A stretch of 64,000 nt of DNA. Origin: an uncultured Fibrobacteraceae bacterium (GTDB lineage Bacteria > Krumholzibacteriota > Krumholzibacteriia > LZORAL124-64-63). This document shows, piece after piece, positions 55,726-63,855 of this stretch (positions are counted from its first letter, which is position 1; the number at the start of each line of letters is the position of its first letter). Location of the stretch: contig CAYMCR010000001.1 of assembly GCA_964389015.1 (NCBI GenBank), positions 4,561 to 68,560 on the forward strand, in the 5' to 3' direction. The translations under genes and the position numbers were made by a program. The notes under the pieces are model-generated. The model did no database searches and was not told the DNA's origin. It saw only the letters and a list, made by a program, of their open reading frames with translations.

Positions 55726-56670
55726 CTAGGTCCTGAGCGGCACATCCAACTCCATCAGGATCGCCGCCAGCTTGATCATCGGCGGCAGGGCCAGCCCCGC
55801 CATGATGTTGATCTTCTCGTAGAGCGCCTGCTTGTCGACGGCGCTGTCCGCCGTGTCTTCCCGCTGCTCACGGATCTCCTTGCTCAAGCGGTCGATCGAT
55901 TTCCGGCCGTCGCTCCGCTGGATCTTGCCGCGCAGGCGCAGGATCGCCTTGGTGTGGATCTGGCACACGCGGGATTCGGTGACGTCCAGGATCTCGCCGA
56001 TCTCCTTCAGGGTGAGCTCCTCGTAATAGTAGAGGACCAGCACCAGTTGTTCCTTGTCCGCGAGCTCGCCCAGGCTGCTGGCGATCAGGCACCGCATTTC
56101 CTCCTCGGAGACACAGGTCTCGGCGTCGGGCGTGCGGGTATCGGGCAGGTAGTCGCCCAGGCTCGAACTGTCGTCGTCGTCGGAACCGTCGGCGTCCAGC
56201 GAGACGATCGTCGCCACGGCCACCTCGTCCATCATGATCGCCAACTCGCGTCGTGTGACGCCCAGATCGCACGCCAGTTCCTCGTCCGTCGGCGTGCGGC
56301 CGAAGCGGGACTCGAGACGGTTGTGGGCGTCCTCCAGTTGGCGTGCCTTGCGGCGCAACGAGCGCGGGAACCAGTCCTGCGTGCGCAGCTCGTCGAGGAT
56401 GGCGCCGCGTATCCTGGGGATCGCGTAGGTTTCGAACTTGTTGCCGCGGTGGTAGTCGTAGTTGTCCACGGCCTGGATAAGTCCCAGCAGCCCGGCCGAG
56501 ACCAGATCGTTGTGATCCACGTAGTGGGGCAGGCCGATGGCCATGCGACCCGCTACGTACTTGACCACGCGCGCATAGAGCTCGACCAGCTCCCGGCGGG
56601 CCTCCTCATCTTCGCCTACTTCCAGACGCTCCCAGAGCTCCAGATGAGCGATCGTATTGGTCTTAAGCAT
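55726..56670 (-). CDS. fliA: Flagellar sigma factor sigma28 (FliA) with an unusual ~64-aa C-terminal extension
   Basis: Region 2 (YVDHNDLVSAGLLGLIQAVDNYDYHRGNKFETYAIPRIRGAILDELR) and region 4 HTH (LTLKEIGEILDVTESRVCQIHTKAILRLR) are clear up to residue ~250. The ORF continues through 314 aa, ending ...KINIMAGLALPPMIKLAAILMELDVPLRT. Confidence 0.85.
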   Translation of the reverse strand: MLKTNTIAHLELWERLEVGEDEEARRELVELYARVVKYVAGRMAIGLPHYVDHNDLVSAGLLGLIQAVDNYDYHRGNKFETYAIPRIRGAILDELRTQDWFPRSLRRKARQLEDAHNRLESRFGRTPTDEELACDLGVTRRELAIMMDEVAVATIVSLDADGSDDDDSSSLGDYLPDTRTPDAETCVSEEEMRCLIASSLGELADKEQLVLVLYYYEELTLKEIGEILDVTESRVCQIHTKAILRLRGKIQRSDGRKSIDRLSKEIREQREDTADSAVDKQALYEKINIMAGLALPPMIKLAAILMELDVPLRT

Positions 56671-56710
56671 GCATAGCCTCGTTGTTTCGCAGTCGGGTTT
56701 CCCCGCTGGT

Positions 56711-56726
56711 TGCAGTTTCTGTGCCC
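56711..56726 (-). promoter_or_regulatory. Candidate sigma54 (-24/-12) promoter upstream of fliA
   Basis: Minus strand gGGCACaGAAAcTGCA, compared with the consensus TGGCACG-N4-TTGCA. GG-N10-GC spacing is correct. About 40 nt upstream of the fliA ATG. Confidence 0.4.
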
Positions 56727-56743
56727 GCTCGGGTCAACAGCGA

Positions 56744-57064
56744 TTACTTCTCTTCACCGATGAGTTGCTGCTTTCGCTCGGTCTTGCGCCGTTTCTTCTC
56801 CTCCACACGCTTCGCCTCGGCTTCGGCGCGCTTGGTCGCCTCGACCTCCAGGTGGGCCCGTTGCTTCGACCAGTCCTCGCGTATCCAGTCGTCCTGGATG
56901 CCTGCTCTGAAGATCATGACCAGGACCGCGCCTAGAGCGTAGAAGACGAAGTAGGCGATGGCTGCACGCTTGAGCGTGGCCAGGATTCCGTAGTCGCGAA
57001 CCAGCGCGAAACACACGGCCGCGAAAGCCGCCGTCAGAGCCGTGGTGTTGACGAGTTTCTTCAT
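56744..57064 (-). CDS. Hypothetical 106-aa protein with two TM helices and a charged coiled C-terminal tail, translationally coupled downstream of flhF
   Basis: GGAGGA RBS. 20 nt after the flhF stop. TM1 TTALTAAFAAVCFALV. TM2 AAIAYFVFYALGAVLVMIF. Tail ...EVEATKRAEAEAKRVEEKKRRKTERKQQ. It occupies the position where flhG/fleN usually sits. Confidence 0.45.
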   Translation of the reverse strand: MKKLVNTTALTAAFAAVCFALVRDYGILATLKRAAIAYFVFYALGAVLVMIFRAGIQDDWIREDWSKQRAHLEVEATKRAEAEAKRVEEKKRRKTERKQQLIGEEK

Positions 57065-57083
57065 GCCTCAATCCTCCGCGCCC

Positions 57084-58223
57084 TCACTCGGCGCTCGCTT
57101 CCTCGAAAACAGCGGCTTTGTCTTCATCCATTGCGGTGTCCAGGATCCGCTCCAGCAAGCGTGCGGGCGTGGCGATCTCGGCGCCGGGGCCGGGCCAGGC
57201 GCCGCCGCTGAGCAACGAAAGCGGCAAGGGCGCCGCGAGCAGGATGTCGATCAGCTTGCCCGCGCGTGCCGTCAAGTCCAGCCGCGTGAGCGCCAGCCAG
57301 TCGCAGTTCCAGGTCCGCGCCACGGCCCAGGCCCGTTCACGTTCGGCCAGATCGGCATCCACCGGCAGCAGCAGGTGCCGATGCACTTCTTCGTGATCGG
57401 CGAACAGTCGATGCAATTCATCGTCCGCGAGGGCCCGGCCATCCAGCGAAGGCGTGTCGATGAGGACCACGTCGTATTGCTCGAAGTACTCCAGGCCGCC
57501 TGAGAGCTGCGCGGCGTCGCGCAGAATCGCCGCGTCGTAACCTCGCGCGGACGCCTCCTCCTGCAGACGACGAATCTCGCCCCCGTGACGCGGCGCGTAG
57601 GACAGGACCAGGATACGGCGCCTCATTTCCTTGAGCCGGGCGGCGACGGAAAGAACGAGGTCGGTCTTGCCGGCGCCGGGGCCACCGAGGAAGAGATGAC
57701 AGCCGGCCAGATCGCGCCACCCGCCGCCGCTGGTGCGCAGCAGACCCGCCAGGTGGTTCCGCGCGGCCCCTGGAGTATCGTCGCCCCCGGCCTCGGCCCG
57801 GAACAGGCGCTGCAGATGGCGGACGGCGGGCAGGGTCGCACCGACGGTGAGCAACTGCCGCCCGAGGGGGTAGTCCCCGATGGCCGCCTTGTCCGCGCCG
57901 GCACGTTGGTTACGCGGGGCGCGCAGGGTCTCGATGAGGTCCTCGATACGCTCGACCTCTGCGGCGATCGCCCGCGTGTAGTCCGGTCGGGAGCGGTCGG
58001 ATGCGACGGCGGGCGGGGTCGCGGCGCCGGTCTCCGGCAGGGTTATCGTGACCTCGATGAGCCGTGCGCTGCCCAGACCGGTCTCGTCTCGTCGGGTCAC
58101 GCTCTTGGTGTCGACGATGCAGGCGCGTTCGCCGTACTGCCGCCTCGCATTATGCAGAGCCTCACGGAGCGTGTGGCCGGTGACCTTGTGCCTGGGCGTC
58201 TCAGGCTGTCGCTTGCTGCGCAT
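57084..58223 (-). CDS. flhF: Flagellar biosynthesis SRP-like GTPase FlhF
   Basis: Basic N-terminal region. GTPase G1 motif LFLGGPGAGKTDLV. G3 VVLIDTPSL. G4 TRLDLTARAGKL. Overlaps the flhA 3' end by 22 nt. Confidence 0.85.
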   Translation of the reverse strand: MRSKRQPETPRHKVTGHTLREALHNARRQYGERACIVDTKSVTRRDETGLGSARLIEVTITLPETGAATPPAVASDRSRPDYTRAIAAEVERIEDLIETLRAPRNQRAGADKAAIGDYPLGRQLLTVGATLPAVRHLQRLFRAEAGGDDTPGAARNHLAGLLRTSGGGWRDLAGCHLFLGGPGAGKTDLVLSVAARLKEMRRRILVLSYAPRHGGEIRRLQEEASARGYDAAILRDAAQLSGGLEYFEQYDVVLIDTPSLDGRALADDELHRLFADHEEVHRHLLLPVDADLAERERAWAVARTWNCDWLALTRLDLTARAGKLIDILLAAPLPLSLLSGGAWPGPGAEIATPARLLERILDTAMDEDKAAVFEEASAE

Positions 58224-60324
58224 CTTGCACTCCCTGCGTGGAAACGGTTCCTGCCGATTGGACGCTCGTGTTGGCTGTCACTTCCGTGTAACCCATCACG
58301 GGCAGGCTGGGAAACGTGGGTTCGATCAATCTCTTCACGAAGAGCCGCATGGGCGTCGGCACCAGCAGCACCGGCGGCTTGCCCTGGCTGTATACCTTCT
58401 GCAGGGTGCGCTCCAGTCGCTCCAGGAGCGTCTGGGCCAGCAGGGGATCCAGCACGACCGCGCCGACCCGGTCCGATTCCTTCGCGGCCTGGCCGAGGTT
58501 GTATTCCGTCTCCGGATGCAGCGTGACCGCGTAGACGTTGCCGTCGGGCTCCACGTAGAGACTGCTGATGTTGCGGCGCAGTGATTCGCGCACCTTCTCC
58601 AGCAGCAGGTCTACACCCGCTTTGGCGTTCATGTAGTTGGCGAGCGTTTCGAGGATGGTGACGATGTCCTTGATGGGGATCCGCTCGTGCAGCAACCCCC
58701 GCAGGACGTTGTGCAGCGTGTTCACCGGCACCTTGTCGGGAATGAGATCCTCGATCAGGGCCGGGGCGAACTCGCGCACCGTCTCGCACATGTCCTTCAC
58801 GTCCTGCCTGGACAGCAGCTCGTCGGCGTGGTTGCGAATGGTCTCGGACAGGTGGGTGGCGAGCACGGCCGTCGGCTCGACGACGGTGTAGCCCTCCATC
58901 TCCGCGGCCGCCTTGCGCCCCGGGTCGATCCAGATCGCGGGCAGTTTGAAGGCCGGTTCCACCGTCTCGATACCCTCGAGCTTTTCACCGCTCGCGCCGC
59001 CGGTGCTCATGGCGAGCAGCCGGTCGGGCCGCAACTCGGCGCGGGATATCTCGACGCCCTTGAGCTTCAGCACGTAATCGTTCGCGCCCAGCTGGAGATT
59101 GTCCCTGACACGCACCGGCTGGATGACCATGCCCAGCTCGGTGCTGATCTGCTTGCGGATGTTGGTGATGCGGACCAGCAGATCGCCGCCGCGGGATTCG
59201 TCGACCAGGGGCAGTAGGCCGTAGCCGAGTTCCAACTCCAGGGCGTCGGTCACGTACAGCTCGCGGATGGTGTCCCGCTCCTGGGCTCCGGCTTCCTGCT
59301 CGGCTGCCTGTCCGGAGAGCTCCTCCGCCTGGCTATTTTCAATGCTTTGGACGCGTCCCGAGACGATGCGACCGGCCATCGCGAACGCCGCGGCCAGCCC
59401 CACGAACGGCAGCGTCGGCAGCCCGGGTATCAACCCGAACACGGCCAGCGCGCCCGAGGCCAGATAGATCGCCTTGGGTTGCCTGAAGATCTGCATCGTG
59501 AGCGCTTGACCCAGGTTCATGCTGCCGCTGGAACGCGTCACCACCATGCCCGCCGCCGTGGAAATGAGCAGGGCCGGGATCTGGGTAACGAGGCCGTCAC
59601 CCACGGTCAGAAGCATGAACTGGCGCATGGATTCGCCGGCGCTCATACCCATCTGCAGCATGCCGACGACGAAACCGCCGACGATGTTGATCAGGGTGAT
59701 GATGATGCCGGCGATGGCGTCGCCGCGTACGAACTTGCTGGCACCGTCCATAGCACCGAAGAATTCGGCCTCGGACGACACCTTGGCGCGTCTCTCCCGC
59801 GCCTGCGCTTCGTTGATGAGTCCGGCGTTCAGGTCGGCGTCGATGGCCATCTGCTTGCCGGGCATGGCATCGAGGGTGAATCGGGCGGCCACCTCGGCGA
59901 TACGGCCCGAGCCCTTGGTGATCACCACGAACTGGACGATCACCAGGATGGCAAAGACTATGACACCGATGACATAATTCCCGCCAATCACGAAATCGCC
60001 GAAACTGGCGATGACCTTGCCGGCGGCCGCCTTGCTGAGGATCAGACGGGTCGACGCCACGTTCAGCGCCAGCCGGTAGAGGGTGACCATGAGCAGCAGG
60101 GACGGGAAGCTCGAGAAGTGCAACGGCTCCTTCAAATACAGCGCAACCAGCAGGATGACGACGGCGAAGGCGATGTTGAATGTGATCAAAAGGTCCAGGG
60201 CGATGGGGTTTACGGGCATGATCATCAAACCGATGACCGCCACGACGGCCAAGGCGCTCAACACGTTGCTGTTGGCCAGGATCAAGTCCCTGTCGATCTC
60301 CTTTGTGCCGTCCAAGCCGTTCAC
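58201..60324 (-). CDS. flhA: Flagellar export apparatus protein FlhA
   Basis: 707 aa. N-terminal TM region with the FHIPEP motif (VVITKGSGRIAEVAARFTLDAMPGKQMAIDADL). Large cytoplasmic C-domain. Confidence 0.95.
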   Translation of the reverse strand: MNGLDGTKEIDRDLILANSNVLSALAVVAVIGLMIMPVNPIALDLLITFNIAFAVVILLVALYLKEPLHFSSFPSLLLMVTLYRLALNVASTRLILSKAAAGKVIASFGDFVIGGNYVIGVIVFAILVIVQFVVITKGSGRIAEVAARFTLDAMPGKQMAIDADLNAGLINEAQARERRAKVSSEAEFFGAMDGASKFVRGDAIAGIIITLINIVGGFVVGMLQMGMSAGESMRQFMLLTVGDGLVTQIPALLISTAAGMVVTRSSGSMNLGQALTMQIFRQPKAIYLASGALAVFGLIPGLPTLPFVGLAAAFAMAGRIVSGRVQSIENSQAEELSGQAAEQEAGAQERDTIRELYVTDALELELGYGLLPLVDESRGGDLLVRITNIRKQISTELGMVIQPVRVRDNLQLGANDYVLKLKGVEISRAELRPDRLLAMSTGGASGEKLEGIETVEPAFKLPAIWIDPGRKAAAEMEGYTVVEPTAVLATHLSETIRNHADELLSRQDVKDMCETVREFAPALIEDLIPDKVPVNTLHNVLRGLLHERIPIKDIVTILETLANYMNAKAGVDLLLEKVRESLRRNISSLYVEPDGNVYAVTLHPETEYNLGQAAKESDRVGAVVLDPLLAQTLLERLERTLQKVYSQGKPPVLLVPTPMRLFVKRLIEPTFPSLPVMGYTEVTANTSVQSAGTVSTQGVQDAQQATA

Positions 60325-60330
60325 CTCCTA

Positions 60331-61392
60331 TCAGGACCGTTTCAGCCGGTAGACATAGGCCAGCACCTCGGCCACTGCCTGGTAGAGTTCATCTGGAATG
60401 AAAGCACCCACTTCCGCGACCTTATGCAGAGCCCGTGCCAGGGGCTTGTTTTCGAGGACGGGGACCCTGTTTTCCCGCGCGATGCGCTTGATGATCTCGG
60501 CGAGGCTGTCCTGCCCCTTGGCCACGACCCGGGGCGCCATCTCGCCCGCGGTGTACCGCAGAGCCACCGCGAAGTGGGTCGGGTTGGTGACGACCACGTC
60601 GGCGCGTGGAACTTCCGCGAGCATCCGCTTGCGCATGGCCTCCAGCTGGATGGCACGCATACGCGCCTTGACCTGTGGATCGCCCTCGATATCCTTCTGC
60701 TCCTCGATGACCTCTTGCTTGGTCATCTTGATCTGCTCCTCGTGCTGCCATTTCTGGAAGACCCAGTCGAGCAGAGCCAGCACCGTCAGGAAGGCCACCA
60801 ACCGGTAGACCAGCTTGGCCACGGTCTTGATGCCCAGGGCCAGGATCCCCTCCACGGGGAGTTCCGCGGTGCCCGGCAGCTCGGCGCCCAGCCGGGAAAC
60901 CGTGTACCAGGAGAGCAGGGCGATCAGGAAGATCTTCACGACGTTCTTGGCCAGGTCGAAGCCGGCGCGCTTGCTGAAGACGTTCTTGATGCCGTTGATG
61001 GGATTGATGTTGTCCCAGCGGAAGGCCATGGCGCTGACGTTGACCTTCCAGCCCACCTGGAGCACGTTGGCCAGGAACGCGACCACGATGATGCCGAGCA
61101 TCAGCGGCGCGAGCGTCGCCACGATGACGCTCAGATTGGCCGTGGCCATCTCCACCAGGGCGAACGGATTCTCGAGCAGGAAGATGTGGGGCTGGCCGAA
61201 GAGGTAGCGGGCGTTCTCGCCGAGCACCTGCTGCATGTGGCGGCCGGCCACGAAGAGCAGCGAGAAACCGGCCAGCAGCACCAGCGCGCTGTTCACTTCC
61301 TGGCTGAGCGCGACCTGCCCCTTTTCCAGGGCCTTCTCGCGCCGTTTAGGTGTCGCGCGCTCTGACCGCTCTCCACCGGGAGCATCCGCCAT
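60331..61392 (-). CDS. flhB: Flagellar export apparatus protein FlhB
   Basis: N-terminal TM segments. Autocleavage motif NPTHFAVAL. 353 aa. GGGAGGTGAGG RBS. Confidence 0.95.
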   Translation of the reverse strand: MADAPGGERSERATPKRREKALEKGQVALSQEVNSALVLLAGFSLLFVAGRHMQQVLGENARYLFGQPHIFLLENPFALVEMATANLSVIVATLAPLMLGIIVVAFLANVLQVGWKVNVSAMAFRWDNINPINGIKNVFSKRAGFDLAKNVVKIFLIALLSWYTVSRLGAELPGTAELPVEGILALGIKTVAKLVYRLVAFLTVLALLDWVFQKWQHEEQIKMTKQEVIEEQKDIEGDPQVKARMRAIQLEAMRKRMLAEVPRADVVVTNPTHFAVALRYTAGEMAPRVVAKGQDSLAEIIKRIARENRVPVLENKPLARALHKVAEVGAFIPDELYQAVAEVLAYVYRLKRS

Positions 61393-61470
61393 GGTTCCTC
61401 ACCTCCCTTCCTGCGGCGCCGGCTCGGCCGGCGTTAGGCCCGGAACGTTCTTGTCCGGTCCTGGTTGTGG

Positions 61471-62256
61471 TCAGCCCTGCAACGCACCCAGCAGGGACAC
61501 GAGCTCCTGCTCCATGCCGCCTATCAACGTCTGGAACACCTGGTTGAAGAAGGTCAGCGAGACGCCGAGGGCTGCCAGGCCCACGGCGATCTTGATCGGA
61601 AATCCGACCACCAGGATGTTGAACTGGGGCACCGTCTTGACGATGAAGCCCATGGCCACGCTCACCAGCAGCAGCACCAGGATGACCGGCGCCGCCACCC
61701 GCAGACCGATGGCGAAGAAGGCGGCGAAATTCTCCATGGTGAGCCAAGCTCCCGCCCCCACCGACAACGGCGAAAAGGGCGGCACGAGTCGGCAGGAGTG
61801 AACCATGGCGCCGATCAGGGTGTGGTGACCGTCCAGGGCGAAGAACAGCAGCACGGCCAGCAGGTAGTAGAGGTTTGCCAGCACCGAGAGCTGCCCGCCG
61901 CTCTGGGGGTCCAGGGTGTTGACCATGCCGAAGCCGATCTGCACGCCGATCATGGTGCCCGCGAAACGCACGGCCGCGAAGGGTATGCCGACCACGAAGG
62001 TCAGCAGCGCCCCCACGACGAGGGAGCGCAGACCCTCGGCCACGAGTCCGTGCCAGGTGAGGTCGAAGGCTTCGGGCGGCAGCTCGGAAGCCACCGCCGG
62101 CGCGGTGGTGGCGGCCAGACAGGCCGCAAGCGCCAGGCGCCAGACCGGCGGCACCGACATGCCAGAGAGCAGAGGCAGCAACGCGGCCAGGACGGAGAGA
62201 CGCAGGGTCAGGATCAATCCCACGATCAGCCAGGTCAGATCCAGTTCTACCTGCAC
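61471..62256 (-). CDS. fliR: Flagellar export apparatus protein FliR
   Basis: 261 aa polytopic membrane protein, sited between fliQ and flhB. FliR-like pattern (..GFGMVNTLDPQSG..). Confidence 0.9.
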   Translation of the reverse strand: MQVELDLTWLIVGLILTLRLSVLAALLPLLSGMSVPPVWRLALAACLAATTAPAVASELPPEAFDLTWHGLVAEGLRSLVVGALLTFVVGIPFAAVRFAGTMIGVQIGFGMVNTLDPQSGGQLSVLANLYYLLAVLLFFALDGHHTLIGAMVHSCRLVPPFSPLSVGAGAWLTMENFAAFFAIGLRVAAPVILVLLLVSVAMGFIVKTVPQFNILVVGFPIKIAVGLAALGVSLTFFNQVFQTLIGGMEQELVSLLGALQG

Positions 62257-62265
62257 GTGCTGCTC

Positions 62266-62529
62266 CTACATGGCGCCGATGCGCTCGAAGATACCCAGGG
62301 TGAACGTGGTGAGTTGGTGGATGATCCAGGGCAAGGCGAGGATCAGCACCACGAAGACGGCGATGATCTTGGGCACGAAGGTCATGGTCATCTCGTTGAT
62401 GTGCGTAGCCGCCTGGAAGATGCTGATCGTCAGACCGACCAGCATGCCGGCGGCCAGCATGGGGCCGGCGACCAGCAATGTCGTACGCAGGGCCAGCTGT
62501 CCCAGCTCGACCACGGTTTCGGGATTCAT
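62266..62529 (-). CDS. fliQ: Flagellar export apparatus protein FliQ
   Basis: 87 aa, two TM segments. ...LLVAGPMLAAGMLVGLTISIFQAATHINEMTMTFVPKI... is the FliQ signature region. Confidence 0.9.
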   Translation of the reverse strand: MNPETVVELGQLALRTTLLVAGPMLAAGMLVGLTISIFQAATHINEMTMTFVPKIIAVFVVLILALPWIIHQLTTFTLGIFERIGAM

Positions 62530-62542
62530 GGCGTCCTTTCGC

Positions 62543-63316
62543 TCAACCGTTCTGGAAAGCCATCACCAGGGAGCGGACGATCAGGTACCAACCGTCCACC
62601 AGCACGAATAACAGGACCTTGAAGGGCAAACTGATCAGCACCGGCGGCAACATCATCATGCCCATGGACATCAGGACCGAGGCGACGACCATGTCGATGA
62701 TCAGAAACGGCAGGAACAGTACGAAGCCGATCTGGAAGGCCATCTTGAGTTCGCCCAGGACGAAACTCGGCACCACGATGAGCAGGGGTAGATCCTCTGG
62801 CTCCGCGGGGGCCTCCTGGTTCGTCAAATCCAGGAACAGCGCAACGTCCTTCTCCCGCACCTGGCCGAGCATGAAGTTCTTCAGGGGCGCCTTGGCTAGC
62901 TCCAGCGCCTCCTGTTGGCTCAGTTCCTCGGCCAGGTATGGCTGGAGGGCCTCGGTGTTTATCTGCTGGAAGACCGGCCCCATGATGACGAAGGTCAGGA
63001 ACAGGGCCAGTCCGATCAGGATCTGGTTCGAGGGCATCTGGTGCGTGCCCATGGCCTGACGCAGGAAGCCCAGCACGATGATGATGCGCGTAAAGCTGGT
63101 CAGCAGGATCAACAGGGCCGGCGCCAGCGAGAGCAGCGTCATCAGCAGGACGATCTCGACCGCCACGTCCAGGCGGGCCGGTCCGTCCATATCGCCCAGC
63201 GATAGGTTGATGCTGCCGGGAGCCGCAGCCGCCGGATCCTGGGCGTAACCGGACGAAGCCAGCAGCAACACGGCCAGGAACAATCCGCTTGTGATGTATC
63301 TGCAACGATGCTTCAA
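62543..63316 (-). CDS. fliP: Flagellar export apparatus protein FliP
   Basis: Signal peptide, then [40 protein letters not shown]... (canonical FliP). TTG start with a GGGGAGGG RBS. Confidence 0.9.
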   Translation of the reverse strand: [257 protein letters not shown]

Positions 63317-63358
63317 GGCGTGGCCCTCCCCTGGGCAGGCTGTAACCCATACTGTTAC

Positions 63359-63373
63359 GCAATGGGCGTGCCA
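63359..63373 (-). promoter_or_regulatory. Sigma54 (RpoN) -24/-12 promoter upstream of fliP, in the 166-nt fliO-fliP gap
   Basis: Minus strand TGGCACGcccaTTGCg. This matches TGGCACG-N4-TTGC exactly, with GG-N10-GC spacing. Located 43-57 nt upstream of the fliP start. Confidence 0.55.
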
Positions 63374-63482
63374 GTCTCGAGTGGCGTAGATTCGTCTGGA
63401 CGAGCGTTTTACGGGGTTGGGTCGGGGCTGCTACGGCCGTCGCGGCCGACTTCCGGCCAGGGCTGGTTAGGATCTCGACAGC

Positions 63483-63854
63483 TCAGCCGCGGTCGGGGCG
63501 GTCGTTGCCGCGCAGGCGGTCCAGCCAGCCGGCGAGGGACGGTGCCGGCGTCGTCGCGTCGTGACGCTGGGGATCGAAGGGCTCCTGGTCCAGCAGCACC
63601 ATGGCCTGGTCGCTGCGGTACAGGGTGTAGACCGTTTCACCGCAGCGCAGCACCTCGACGCCGCGGCGCGGTCCCAGGGAATGCACGCGCAGCAGCGAGG
63701 CCTCGGCCCCGCCGCCGCCGCGCTGCTGGCGGCCCAGGATCTTCAGAAATACGATCAGCAGGGCGAAGACGAGCAGGAAGGCGCCGGCCAGCTTCCACCA
63801 GGAGGGATCGCCGGGCTGCGCCGCAGCCGCCAGGATGAAACGTGGAGCGAGCAT
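63483..63854 (-). CDS. fliO: Flagellar biosynthesis protein FliO (probable)
   Basis: 123 aa. Single TM (WWKLAGAFLLVFALLIVFLKIL) near the N-terminus. Gene lies between fliN and fliP, the conserved position of fliO. Its sequence is poorly conserved in general. Confidence 0.6.
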   Translation of the reverse strand: MLAPRFILAAAAQPGDPSWWKLAGAFLLVFALLIVFLKILGRQQRGGGGAEASLLRVHSLGPRRGVEVLRCGETVYTLYRSDQAMVLLDQEPFDPQRHDATTPAPSLAGWLDRLRGNDRPDRG

Positions 63855-63855
63855 C

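Noticed and set aside
59347-61365. 672-aa plus-strand ORF spanning flhA/flhB
   Set aside because: It is antisense to two highly conserved flagellar export genes and has no motifs.
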